A stretch of 64,000 bases of DNA from Lytechinus pictus (taxonomy: Eukaryota). Positions within the stretch are counted from its first letter, which is position 1. Every line of letters begins with the position of its first letter. The DNA lies in contig NC_087260.1 in NCBI RefSeq assembly GCF_037042905.1, positions 1,860,001-1,924,000 on the forward strand, given 5' to 3'. The translations under genes were made by a program, and so were the position numbers. Below are positions 37,607 through 50,305 of this stretch, in pieces. Below the pieces are notes generated by a model. It ran no database searches. It saw only the letters and a list, made by a program, of their open reading frames with translations, and was not told the DNA's origin.

Positions 37607-38380
37607 GGCGTATTTCAGGACCCATTTTGAAGACACTTTCTTCACCGTTCAGAATCTATTGAAAATGCCAGCCCGTCAAGTCACAATTTACATATTAGAA
37701 AGATGGTGGACCGGGACAGCACATCGTCTTTATACGATTATAGCGGACCAAAAATTGCAAATATGTCGTTCGTCCAGTATCTACGATGACACTTGTTTTG
37801 ATTCATCGATTTTCGACAAAGACTGCTTTGTTGTGAATGGCTTTAAAAAAGAGATTATCTGTGTTATAGAAAGTGTCTGCAAAGTGCTTGCTAAAATGCC
37901 CTAAATTAATGCCTGGCACACTATGCTTTTCGAAAATTTTCAGCGTGCTGTTTAAGCCCCTTCGTACTACAACTAATGCTTAAAAGTTGTAGCAAGATGT
38001 TTAAAAAATGAAACCAATTCCAAAATAAGTTTAAACAACGTGTTTCAAACTTTTTAAACAGCGTGGCAAAGAAAATTAACAGATTAGTTTACATTACCTT
38101 AATGATTTTTTAGAAGAAAAATGTTTTAAAATCCAATTCCCACTTTCTTTTTAAATGATAAATGAATATAGGTTAATATTTTTAAAACATTTGGTGATCT
38201 TTAATTAATCAACACCTTTCGTCCGACAGATTGTCGGATTTGACAACTTTGCTTGATTTTGATTGGCTGAGAAGCACTGTTACTATGGAAACTATCCGAT
38301 CAATCGTCCGACAATTCCTTTCAGGAAACGCTTCCGTGGAATAGATATCTCATCATAAAACAATTAAATATTAAACGAAT

Positions 38381-39282
38381 AACAAGTGGAATGCCTCTGG
38401 CCGTCTCACCTGCATCACGCGATTCAATATAGCAGCAGTGCTGATTTTGAAAACTACTATAACTCGCACAAGATGTTCAGTGATACTTGGTTACTCTTAT
38501 TTCCACGTTTTATGAACTAGACCAATACACTTATAGAGATATGATGACCTTACATGACCTTTGACCTTGATCATGTGACCTGAAACTCGCACAGGATGTT
38601 CAGTGATACTTGATTACTATTATGTCCAAGTTTTATGAACTAGACCAACACACTTTCAAATTTATGGCTGTAATTCAACAAATACCCCAATTTGGCCAAA
38701 GTTCATTGACCCTAAATGACCTTTGACCTTGATCATGTGACCTGAAACTTGCACAGGATGTTCAGTAATACTTGATTACTATTATGTCCAAGTTTCATGA
38801 ATCAGATCCATAAACTTTCAAAGTTATGATGGTAATTCAACAGATACCCCCAATTCGGCCAAAGTTCATTGACCCTTGGTCATGTGATGTGAAACTCATG
38901 CAGGATGTTCAGTGATACTTGATTAACCTTATGTATAAGTTTCATGAACTAGGTCCATATATTTTCTAAGTTATGATGACATTTCAAAAACTTAACCTTA
39001 GGTTAAGATTTTGATGTTGATTCCCCCAACATGGTCTAAGTTCATTGACCCTAAATGACCTTTGACCTTGGTCATGTGACATGAAACTCAGGCAGGATGT
39101 TCAGTAATACTTGATTAACCTTATGGCCAAGTTTCATGAACTAGGTCCATATACTTTCTAAGTTATGCTGTCATTTCAAAAACTTAACCTCAGGTTAAGA
39201 TTTGGTGTTGACGCCGCCGCCGCCGTCGCCGTCGGAAAAGCGACGCCTATAGTCTCACTCTGCTATGCAGGTGAGACAAAAA
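38381..39282 (-). mobile_element. Helentron/HINE-type (DINE-1/pearl-like) non-autonomous element
   Basis: Subterminal inverted repeats gtctcacctgcat (38403-38415) / atgcaggtgagac (39265-39277); terminal hairpin gtctcac...gtgagac; (GCC)n microsatellite ~39213-39231; internal tandem repeats with tgacctttgacctt; A/T-run insertion site, no TSD. Confidence 0.8.
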
Positions 39283-39615
39283 TATGAAATTAATATCTAG
39301 ATTTCAATTAAAGATTTTAAGAAAGCAGAATTCATTCATATTTGGCCTTTTTCCTAAACTTAAATTAAAAGTAGGACTAATAATTGAAAATGCTTCCCAT
39401 TCTGCAAACGATTTGGCGTCAAAACACCCATTTTAATTTTAGAGGAAATAATAATTCTTATTTCATCTTCGTGATAGGCTGCTGAGCCCTTTAAAGATTA
39501 CAGCAGATGAGATGGATGATGAAACTAAGATAGATCTAACTTTAGACCGAATGTTAGTATAGGCCTAGATTCTAAATCTTTTTTGTTTTTTTATAACGAT
39601 CATAAAGATCATAAT

Positions 39616-39934
39616 AGCCCATAGTCTGATAGCAGGTTTAACTTAAACTCAGGTTTAAAGTTGTGGTTTAAGTATGGATAAGCCAAGTTACATAAATCAC
39701 TAACAGTAAAGATATCATACTTCAGCTCATTTGGCTCCCAAATCGTTCATAATTGTCTAGGAAGTAGGCCTATAAATAGATGATTGTCTTCAACACCGAT
39801 GAACCAGGAAAGAGCACAGTAAACATAAGAAACATACAACTTAATATTAAAAAATTGATACTTTTGGCTTCCCATACTTAAAACACAACTTTAAACATGA
39901 GTTTAAGTTAAACCTACTATCAGAATACGGGCCA
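39616..39934. mobile_element. MITE (same family as 41027-41339)
   Basis: caggtttaacttaaactcaggtttaaag ... ctttaaacatgagtttaagttaaacc..gaatacgggcca. Confidence 0.85.
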
Positions 39935-40299
39935 ATATGTCTAAAGATAATTCTAACGTTAGACTATCTTCTTCAATCCCAATTAATCGCAAGGAAGTTG
40001 ATCTAGATATAGGCCTACTGCATATTATTGTTTCCATTTATGTTTTACCCTATACCCAGTGGTTGTGTGTCCGGACGGGTTGGGTGTCCGGACACATGAC
40101 TTTTACTGTCAATTTTGAAAAGTTTACAAGCAATGTCTTTAATTCTTTTTAGCACAGAATATAAGAAAATATTATAAAGAACAAATATTGATGGTGAAAA
40201 AAAACTATTCAACCTAGGCCTATATTTTTGGTTTATTCCTGAGATAAAAACAAGGCTTCATTTCTGTTACGTGTCCGGACACCCAACCCCCCATCCTAC

Positions 40300-40450
40300 C
40301 TGTTATATCAACACTTTCAATAGTAACGGACTCCTCTAATCTCTCTTCTGTCCTTCCATTTGACTGGTCATCATTTCCACTATCCACTTGATTCACAGTC
40401 GGCAAAGTTCCTTCCTCACCCAAATTATTTGTTTCATTGATTAGCGACAT
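40300..40450 (-). CDS. Uncharacterised protein, probable first coding exon (MSLINETNNLGEEG...VDIT)
   Basis: ATG at 40450; donor ACAG|gtagg (phase 1) matches exon 2; same acidic composition. The six exons total 2277 nt = 758 aa + stop. Confidence 0.65.
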
Positions 40451-41026
40451 GATTATGAGCTGATTTTCTTGAAGAAAATGAGAAGCGTTGCTAGAAATAC
40501 CCCAATATAGAACGAGATATAAAGCAAGAACTGCACTGATGTAAGTTGAAAAGAGTCTTCGGTTTGCTCCGTCATTTGCCTCAAGAATGTCAGATGATGT
40601 AAAAATGACTTGTCAACAAAAGATGCATGATTTTTGGCATTGTCGTGCGACAGGTGCGCGTTTCCATGGTGCGTTACTATGATAAAAGTGAACCGCGTAA
40701 TGGGAGCAATTATTTAGATGACATCACAATCCAACTTTTGCGTATTTAGCTCATGGTACCAGTTGTAGATTGTGACGTCATATCAAATCTGCGCAGGACG
40801 CGCGTTGCGCATCCAGACGGCATTATGGGAAAGGGGAAGGAGATAGGGGCCGGTGGGAGGGATCCAGGTGGTCCCATAATTTTCACCAAAGTGATTTTGT
40901 GTTCAATAATTTTGTAACTTAAGTTTCTGAATCAAATCAAGACATTTTTTTTTACAAAATCAATCATTGATCAAGCCTGGGTATCACTGGATCATTATAT
41001 TCAACTTAGGAACAAGCATCCTTCTA

Positions 41027-41339
41027 TGGCCCGTATTCTGAAGTCAGGTTTAACTTAAACTCAGGTTTAAAGATGTGGTTTAAGTATGGACGGCCAATTG
41101 TTACATAATCACTAACAGTAGAGATATCATACGTCAGCTCATTCGGCTCTCAAAATCATTCATAATTGTGTAGGAAGTATAAATAGATGATTGTCTTCAC
41201 CATTGATGAATCAGGAAAGAGCACAGTAAACATAAAAAACATACAACTTAATAAAAAATTTGATACTTTTGGCTTCCCATACTTAAACCACAACTTTAAA
41301 CCAGAGTTTAAGTAAAACCCGACTTCAGAATACGGGCCA
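41027..41339. mobile_element. MITE (tggcccgtattctgaagtc...gacttcagaatacgggcca)
   Basis: Near-perfect TIRs; direct-orientation homolog at 39616-39934. Confidence 0.88.
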
Positions 41340-41959
41340 TACAAATTCATGTTAATGCTTGTCAATAACTTGAACCTTGAAACTGCTCATATCGTTGGAA
41401 TAATGATACTGTTCATAGTTTAGATTTTAATCTATATATTAATCCATACTTATGTCAGCTTGATATACATGTAGGTATTCCCGTCCAATTTCATAAAGAA
41501 GTGACTTAAATTTACTAATATGCATTTAAATTCACGCGTTTTCGTTTTCCCGGAGATATAATATAATTTCAAAATCAGACAATGGAATTAATGTAAAGAC
41601 GCTATAATTTATTTATAATCATTCAAATAAATTTACGGTCAAGACTATTTCAAATTTGATAATTTCAATATTTGTCATGTGCTTTAGATTTCGTTCTAAG
41701 GCAAAGAGGTTCGTTAATGGTCTAACAAGTTAACGAATTTGCTTTTTCGTCTTAATTTTGGGCAATGAAATTCATGAATTGCGCATTTAATTTAATCAAC
41801 AATGACCGATAGGATTGAGCATCCAGTTAATTCATTAGAGTTCAAATTAATGATGTGGAATTCGTTTGTTTTGCATGGTATCTATATCTATTATGTAATT
41901 GTCTAAACAAATTTGTGATAACATTAGAATTGTTATGCATTGTGGCTAAATTTGTTTAA

Positions 41960-42650
41960 AGCCCCCTCACACCGAACCGAATGTAGGCGGACGAAGGGTG
42001 ACGAATGGGAAAAATGAACAAAATGACCGCGAATTCAACGAATTCAAATACAATTTCAGTCAAATCATGCGATCAGTAACTATTGTCAAATTTTATCAAC
42101 GAACGGTAAGCGAAGGATAAATATGACATGCGAAGGATATCGATTTTTCGGTTAGAGAAAATTGCGGCCGAAGGCGAGCGAAGGGTTGATATAACCCAAT
42201 GAGACGAACGAAAAGTTAGCAATGGTTTGATATGGCATGCGGTTAGAAACAAAGACGAGGGAATAAATCGGGCAATCTTGTTCGTTGGGTCATCGTGTTG
42301 CTTCGTTACAGGTTCTTTCGATATCGGCCCACTTTGACAAAAGCGCGAAGTGGGGCATTGCGCGACAAAAACACACGAACGATAAATGAACGATTTCCGC
42401 AGACTAAATAAGAGATGCGAATTAAAACAGATGACCAACGATTTTTCAATTCGTCGGGAAATTTTAAACATTTTCAAAATTTCCGCTCGAATTTGAATAA
42501 TCGCAGCTGTTAGTTCAGAAGATGTACGAACGCCAAAACGAAGGGTAAATATAATTTACTATCAGATACCATTGAAAACGAAAAAAAAAATGCCTTTCCC
42601 CAGCCATCGCAAGGCATATTTCAGGCAATTCGGTTAGGTGTGAGGGGGCT
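41960..42650. mobile_element. MITE (agccccctcacacc...ggtgtgagggggct)
   Basis: 14-bp perfect TIR, TAA flanks (PIF/Harbinger-like TSD). Confidence 0.8.
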
Positions 42651-44494
42651 TAAGGACAATTCTATATTTCTCATTTTCACCCGACAATGCTGAGTGTGTG
42701 GGCATTTTCATTAATGTTTACTTTTTTTTTTCTTCTTTTCAACTTTCTTACAAGTCTCAAGAGCGGATCTCGGATTTTCAAGGAGGGGGGGGGGGGCATT
42801 TTGTTCAGAAAAATGTTGACAACCTAGAAGAAAAAGATTTTCACTGCAAAATCGAGGTACAGGTAATTTGTTCAAGGAAAAAAGGGTCCCCAAATGCCTA
42901 TGCATGACACATTCCAGTAGAAAAAAAATATTTTTGTGCCTCTCAAAAGTGGGTCCACCACTGACATGTCGTTTTTCATACAAATTTTCAACTTTATTCA
43001 ATTTCAAGGGTGATCCTCTGTATGTCAAGCATGGTGGATTTGGAAGGGATGGCTCCATACCATCAACCGATGCCTTTATTCTGACTTTATCTTAGAAAAA
43101 ACATTATTATTGTAGTACATTTTATAACATTATATCAAAATATTACTAACAGGAAGAGTAGGCCTACACATGAAATAGAATCGCCGAATAATCAACATAT
43201 TTTAAGTGAATCGTTGCTTAACATCTTAAAATGCTTGCCTATACGAGAATTCGTTTGACTAAACAGCTACCACGCCATGCAACATCTGATTTCGAATGCC
43301 CATTTCTTAATATCCGTGCACCTGCTTAACACATAAATAACACACTTGAAAAAGATTTTGCAAATACAATGAATTCCCATGTGGAAAAGATGACTTTAAA
43401 TGCCTATTCCTGAAATCGCATGCTCTTTGTAAGAACTCAGTTGATTCACTTGAAGAATGATGTTTTGCAGAGATAATCAACCCACATGCGGAAAATGGTT
43501 ATGCTCGCGTATTCATTAGATTGCATGCTGCTTAATCTAAATTCTTGTGACTTGATTTGATAATTGTTTTGCGCGGAAAATACATTCAAGTGACAAATAA
43601 TGAAATACAATTAATGACAAAGTAATCGAGATTGATGGTCATAACATTGAATTAAATGATTTAAATGAGAAATTTAGCTGGAAAACCTATAGTAACGAAA
43701 AACTTGAGAATAAATTTAGGCTACTTATTGCATTAGGGGAAAGTATATTCGCCAGTAACGACTTACTGCAGGAGTTTTGACTCTTGTTATAATTTTGAAA
43801 CGCAAGTCGACTTCGATTCCATCGTGACGAGTGAGCGAGCGAGTGAGCACAAAAATAATTCCATTCCATTCAATTGCTTCTCCTTTCTCTCCTCTTTTCC
43901 GTCCCCCATTTTTTTCACGTTTCCCCCCCCCCCACTCCCTTTTTTTATTTTTTTCCTTTTCCCCCTTTCCTCTTTTTTCTCCCCCTTGCTTTCATTTTCT
44001 CTGTCTTCCTTTCCCTCATTCCCTTTCTTTAACTTTCTTCATTCGTTTAGCTTTAATTACGTGTTTTGGGTTTTTTTGTTGCTCTATTCGCGGTAGATTT
44101 GTTGATGTTAATATTGAAATCCTGCGAGGGAGACGGGGGGGGGGGGGTGGGGGTCAGTTGCCATCTCAGTTCAGTTCAGTTGCCCCCGGGGGGTGGGGGA
44201 CAGGATCAACTTGGTGGTGTTCAGCAATATGACAATATTTTACTTTTAATCCGAACATTGGTATTATAATGCACCATAAACGATTTTACGTCATAGCAAC
44301 ATTTTTTTGGCATACTAAATTTATATGGTGAACTGAAGGGCCTTCTTATTGACTTGTAAAGTGATTTGGTACTGGAAACGATACACCCAGGGTACAAATA
44401 AGAGGATAAATGAATAGTATATACATAATTAATCTTAGCAAACGTTAAAAGGTCGCATATTAAAATCCAAGACCAAAGCCATCTTATAATATGA

Positions 44495-45033
44495 TGATGC
44501 ATAGCGTCTATATAGCGTCATATATCTGTCAGAGACATTCAAAGGCGCATTTTTGAGAAGCCAGCCAGGGTTGCAAGTCTCTCCTCCCGTTATGGGGAAT
44601 AACGGGTTGACGACTTTACCGGAGGTTTCCCCTACTCTTAATCGAATAGTGCAGTGGGCTCTAAGCAGGGGCCGCGGAACGGTTTTCAAAGTGGGGGGGG
44701 GGGGGGGCTGACCATGCAAAAAATCACAATCGTATGGTCATTTTTGCGTATTTGTACACGGTTTTAGAAAAAAAAATTGGGGGAGGGGGCTGAAGCCCCC
44801 CCCCCCCCCGCTTCCGTGGCCCCTGCTTATACGTGCAAAGGTGGTGACTCTCCTCTACACGGGGCATCCATTTTAATCCTATCCGAGGAACGGAGTGTTT
44901 TATACTGTAACATAGCCTGCATCTATGAAACAGGGGAGAGACGTTTACACACAAAGCACTGGCTTCAGCCATCCGCCCGGGGTGGACTCGAACCCACGAT
45001 CTTTGGCTCGACAGGCAGACACTTTACCGACTA
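44495..45033 (-). mobile_element. Second tRNA-derived SINE family, interrupted by a small hAT-like MITE (44666-44825)
   Basis: Minus strand tagtcggtaaagtg...GGTTCGAGTCC (B box); MITE caggggcc(g)cggaa...ttccgtggcccctg. Confidence 0.65.
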
Positions 45034-46884
45034 ATATAATATAACACTAATAATCGAATGAATTTATTTTAATGATCATGATCTGACCGTCTACACAGTG
45101 GTGGTTCCAGGGGGGGGGGGCGGCACATCCGGCCCTTGCCCTCCCCCCTTTGAGAGACCTATTCAAAATTTATAATGTAAATATGCAATTCTTACACAAG
45201 TAAGAACTGTATTTCTGCTTTTTGTATTTCTGTATTTTCTAACTTTTGAAAGTTAGAACTGTATTTCTGCTTGTCAAATTTTCGAGGACGAAATAACCAT
45301 TTTTTGTGTGAAAACCTTTTTAGTGGTTGTCAAATTGCCCCACCCTTTGAAAAATTCTGGATCCGCCCATATATAGATTATAAATAAGTTAATAACCACC
45401 GCGAAAGAGACAAGATCGAAAGTTCGATACTTTTTTCCAACAAAATTTATTCAAGTCCAAAAATTCTCGACGAAAACATGTCGGCTTCATCGAGACATAG
45501 TGAATGACAAAAATAGTTAGTTGTATGGACTTCATGGACTTGGAAACGCTTAAGACCACCGCACACAAATATACGATTGGTCTGCGACCCAATTTGGAAT
45601 AAAACGTAGTAAAACTTGAAGTGAATATTGAGATATTGAATATCTTACTTTAACTTGGGCATTCATGGGATTATTTAAAATCATCGTACAAATGCCCCTG
45701 TTCAAATATGTGACTGTACTATAATCAATTTTAGAATAAAAGCGAATTGAATATCTAGTGGTAATGAATTCAGAGCAATCGCACGATTGGCTGCAATTTA
45801 AAACTATTTTGGCCTTTACTCCAAAATAAAGGAATGTAATCGCCCCAAATTGTGAGTATTCTTACAGTTCATTTGAGCCTCAAATAAAAGACACATATTC
45901 AGAAAATAAGCAAATGCGATTTGTTCCTAAACCGGAAAGTAGATGTATGTGTTGTGGCTGGTGTTTTTGTTGTCACAACACCAACGCCAGACCGTTGCAT
46001 AAAACTTTTGCCATAAAAAACTATGGAAAATAAACAAAACCTCTGGCAAACAAAATTACGCCATGTGGACCTTTCTTACTTGCTAAATAATCCCCAGTGA
46101 ACATTTAATTGTTAATATCATTTACCTCAAGAAAGGATCAATTAAAGCCACACTTAACTTTCGAACAGCTTGATGAAACGGCCCATTTCACAAAGAATTA
46201 CAATTATCGTAACTTTGCCATTATCAATTATGGTAACTACCATGGTGACCCTTGTTGTTTATCGGCTGCTGAGCCCTGTTGTAACTCTTTATGAAACGGG
46301 ATTCAGATTCAAGCACCGTACTTGAAATCACCCTATGAGCTAGTCGGAGCCACACTGTGGCGTTATTATGTAGAGGAATGACGTTCCATGATATCCTTAT
46401 GACGTCATGTCACAATGTCACAATGGAAAACATAATGATTACGGAAATAACAATAATACCAATACTAAAGTACAATTTGCCAGTTAGGCGACTACTAATT
46501 CTTGAGTTATCATTAAAAAAAATCTTATTAATTTTATCCTAGGTCAAAATATGGATCTCAGTTGCATCATAATAGAAGTTAAGTAAAGTATACCATTCTC
46601 TTATTTCCGCGAAGTCAAATTTGACAAAGAAAATTGCCAGGTGGGATATATCCATATTTTGGGTGAAAGTAACTCTGTTTTCGAATGAGTTTTACTCGGA
46701 ATGGTATGGCATCAGCTGAAAAATTACTCTAGGAAAGGAGTCGATTTGACTCGAAACAGAGTTGATTTCTTTTACGCCATATCGATCCTAGTCAAATATT
46801 ATGTCGCATTAAAAGAAGAGCCGACGTATAAGGCCACTTGAAAATATTTCGTCTCTATTTTCAAAAGAGACCGTGCTATAGGGG

Positions 46885-48213
46885 TCATCGCCATATTGAC
46901 CAGTTTTCAAATTTGAAAAAGTTTCTAGTTTCCTCTCTGCTCATATCGAATACTTTATTGTTTGGTGTTACCCTGCAACCTTTAAACCACGGGGAATCGT
47001 TGAGATATTTATAAGCTTTCACATCACGTTTATCCTGGAGATGGGGTAGTGCCTTACAGAAGATTGTAGGTCGCGTTGGGAAGGTGAGGACCACTTCTCC
47101 TTTAGTACGCCAGTCATAAAATTTACGATACGCTTCATCGTCTTTGTCGAGACGCTTCAGGAACGCTACAAAGTTGCCAACTGAGTCGTAGTCGCTGAAG
47201 TGAATGTAGGAGTTAGGAGGTGCCACTGCCTCGTAAGATTCTTTCTTGGAACCAAGCACAATTGGCACCGTGCCATAAGACAGCGACTGCAGCCAAAACT
47301 TCTCGGTGATGTAGTCTTTGCACTCTGAATTGGGAATAGCGAAATAAAACTTATAGCGCGCCATGAGTTTGTTGCATTCGTCAGATCGTCTTGGGAGACA
47401 CTCTTTCCGACCGCAGAGTCCGTAGTCCTCAAGCGGGAGAACGTCTCGCATGCGCTTGATGAATTCAACACGTGGCCAGAATCCATGGCAGTTGCTTGAC
47501 ATCCACGATACCATTCCTTCCTTGCCCAGGAGTGGATCCGGGAGCCGACGTGTCTCCAAAGCTTGTTTGGAGCTCACATTAAGAGCTTCTGTTGACTCAT
47601 CAAACGACCGGTAGTAACCAAAAGGAACCACGATGTCCGAATCTAAATCATAGGTCATTAAGAGATGATATTTAAGACGCATCACATCGAAATCTCGCGT
47701 CCACTTCAGGACACGCAATGGCGTTTCAGTGCTGAAGTATATCCACGTCTGACCTGGACTGGGCTCCCACTCCATCAGCCTCTTGAGTTGTTCTCTTCCT
47801 TCGCCTCGGAATTCGGTGGGAACCAGTCCAAAGACGATGACATCTTTCCCCTCAAGGTAGTCCACATTACCCCCTCTGGTGAGGACGATGTCGCAGTCAT
47901 ATCCCTCAGAAACACAATCGACATCTGCAGCGTCCAGGGGTTGATTACTCCTTTGAAATAGGTCCATATATCTATGCAGTTCCGGGATGTGGCGCATTTC
48001 TCTGTCGCTGCCAAATATGTGCACATGTTTCACACAACCCGCTTTGGCAAACAGAGACTGGGAGACCGACTCCTCACCCTCGACAGGATCATTTTCAGAT
48101 AGTGACATCTCGGCTTTTCTGTGACCGTAGTTACGCTGGGACGTAATCCTCCATCCTGCTAATATTCCGATGAAAGTCAAGATACCCAGGGCAATCGCCA
48201 GGATCAGAGATTT
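46885..48213 (-). CDS. Alpha-1,3/4-fucosyltransferase (GT10), main coding exon
   Basis: Acceptor tttttcag|AAA (phase 0) gives KSLILAIALGILTFIGILAGWR (type II TM anchor); GT10 motifs QTWIYFSTETP, MTY..DSDIVVPFG, SWMSSNC...R, YGLCG, YKFYFAIPNS..DYITEKFW..L..GTVPIVLG, PPNSYIHFSDY, YRKFYDWR. Confidence 0.95.
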   Translation of the reverse strand, partial: KSLILAIALGILTFIGILAGWRITSQRNYGHRKAEMSLSENDPVEGEESVSQSLFAKAGCVKHVHIFGSDREMRHIPELHRYMDLFQRSNQPLDAADVDCVSEGYDCDIVLTRGGNVDYLEGKDVIVFGLVPTEFRGEGREQLKRLMEWEPSPGQTWIYFSTETPLRVLKWTRDFDVMRLKYHLLMTYDLDSDIVVPFGYYRSFDESTEALNVSSKQALETRRLPDPLLGKEGMVSWMSSNCHGFWPRVEFIKRMRDVLPLEDYGLCGRKECLPRRSDECNKLMARYKFYFAIPNSECKDYITEKFWLQSLSYGTVPIVLGSKKESYEAVAPPNSYIHFSDYDSVGNFVAFLKRLDKDDEAYRKFYDWRTKGEVVLTFPTRPTIFCKALPHLQDKRDVKAYKYLNDSPWFKGCRVTPNNKVFDMSREETRNFFKFENWSIWR

Positions 48214-49734
48214 CTGAAAAAAGACGGAGAATACAATTTTGTAATCGCTATTTTCTATAAAAATGAGCCTCTTGATTTACATGGTCCTTGGAAGCGGGGT
48301 GCTAGACAAAGTGTTTTCAACAAAAAGGCATTTCCTCCTTCAAATCGTTCCCAGGCCCCTGGGTTGTTAACTGCTCAAACCAAACAGATGCCAAAACTCC
48401 TTGTGTAATCTTAATCTATTAATAGTAAACCTCCGTTTCACATAGAACAAGACCTCTGAAAGACCATGAAACGTGCTTGAACTTTAAAAGATCTCTGATC
48501 GTCTCCGACGATTCCTGATTAATACTGATTATTTAGCAGTACAGTGATCTTCTGAGTGTCCGTTGGCTCCGCAACTTGATAAAAAAGTTTTTAAGTTTTC
48601 TTTATTTCATTTCGACTCAACATATTACACAAAATATGGAATAATAACCATACAAATCCATACAAGGGAATATACTTTGTAATCAATATGACCACACAAA
48701 GGAAATAGATAAATATTTTCGGTAAGCAATAAGCCAAAATTATTATCATACAATTATGATAATACAAAGAGAGTAAAACAGATGTTCATAACACTCTTTC
48801 AGTCATGTGCCAGTGGCTTATAAAGGAACTTTAAAGGTCTTGTTAGTTTTTCCATGATCCTTCGACTGTCTCTCATTCGTCTTTTTTTATATGGAGGAGA
48901 AGGGGCAATAAAAGACTTCTGAGAGATCCTTGTAAGATCATTGAAAAGCCTAGATAAATTCGCCGTAGGTAATTTGCCGAAAGTCTTTGTTGTATAAAAG
49001 GTATCTGATGAAGGATCATTGAAATACGTAAAATACCATTGACAGTCATTGTCAGACTGTGTGACTAGTCGTAGCATATTAGTCAGACATTCAGTTTCCT
49101 CGTATCGGGGGTCTTGGTAAGTTCTTTAAGTGGTCTCTGCAAGTATTTAAGAGATATTGAAAGATCTTTCAATGATTTTGAAGATCTCTGGCAGTGTACG
49201 TCAGATGGACTTACGTTGATCTCTCACTAGTCTGATAGCTCTGTTCAATGTCCTCAGGTTATCCTTCTGGAAATTTTTGTTTAGTCTTTCAAAGGTATTT
49301 CAGGGGGTTTCAGAGATGTCAGAGCCGTTCCACAGAAACCAGACATTTCAGTGAAGTTCGGTCTTTCAATGGCCATTCAGTATTAGAAAAAATGTTCAAA
49401 TTAAAACCCTTTTTGTCTCATAATTTGTAACCATCGAGACAAACGGTTTCCGAAAAGTTCTTTACGTGCAACAAACCAAATGATTTCAAAGAACCTACAA
49501 ATGTTAGGTTCCAAAGTTGCTGTTTAATGGTATTTGTTCCGTTGGCATGACAAGACCCTGAATGGTCAATGTTAGCCCGTTATAGATTTTAAGCAATAAG
49601 CAGTGTACAAAGAACAAGAAATGTTACAGTATTCAATCTAAAAGAAAATATTAGGCATACATCCAAGTGCTGAAAGCCTCTGTATGCATCCTTGTGAATG
49701 ACGTTGCTAATTAAGTTTTTTTAATAACTCTTTA

Positions 49735-50022
49735 TTAATAATAATAACGCAGATCTTGTATAGCGCACATCGCATTATGTCATAACGTCCCTATGCGCTT
49801 CCAAAGTACTTGTATATTATTAAACTGGCCTTAATTAGCCCCCCAACTTTTTACAGCGCGGTGGTTTTTCAAGGAATAAATTCCTGCCATTCACCTAACC
49901 TTGGTTGAGCAGCGCAATATGGATGAATTTCTAGCTGAAGGAAACTCCGCCATGGCTTGGATTCGAACCCACGACCCTCTGTTTGAAAGTCAGAAGGCTA
50001 ATCAACTGGGCCACAACGCTCC
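49735..50022 (-). mobile_element. tRNA-derived SINE (family of 18165-18443)
   Basis: ggagcgttgtggcccagttg...GGTTCGAATCC; (TAT)n tail. Confidence 0.85.
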
Positions 50023-50206
50023 ACACAAATCTTTACATAATCCCACCTTGCTTTTGGCTCTTCGAAAATGTGGATAAATTATCTTCCACCCCGATCCCTC
50101 ATTGGAAAATGTCGAATCCGCCAACTTAGAAAGAAACACTGTGGAATAATTTCTTGCGATAAAGTAAGATGAGATACGTGTGGTATTTTTTTAAATTTGT
50201 ATTTAC

Positions 50207-50305
50207 CATGTTGTTCAGGATTAATTTCTTGAATGCACCGAGCGCTGATATAATGAAGCGACAACTCGAGGCAAAACGGGGCAATAAAAGTTTATCTTTT
50301 TTATC
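50207..50305 (-). CDS. Probable fucosyltransferase leader exon ending in the start codon (ATG 50209-50207)
   Basis: ttttgtctag|GAT...AACAACATG|gtaaat; a phase-0 join gives MKSLILAIALG (443 aa total); a further upstream donor AG|gtaag lies at 50464/50463. Confidence 0.6.

Noticed and set aside
12457-50209. Lectin plus fucosyltransferase as a functional glycan writer/reader cluster
   Set aside because: They are ~29 kb apart with an unrelated gene between, both belong to large families, and QPD predicts galactose-type rather than fucose/mannose-type binding.
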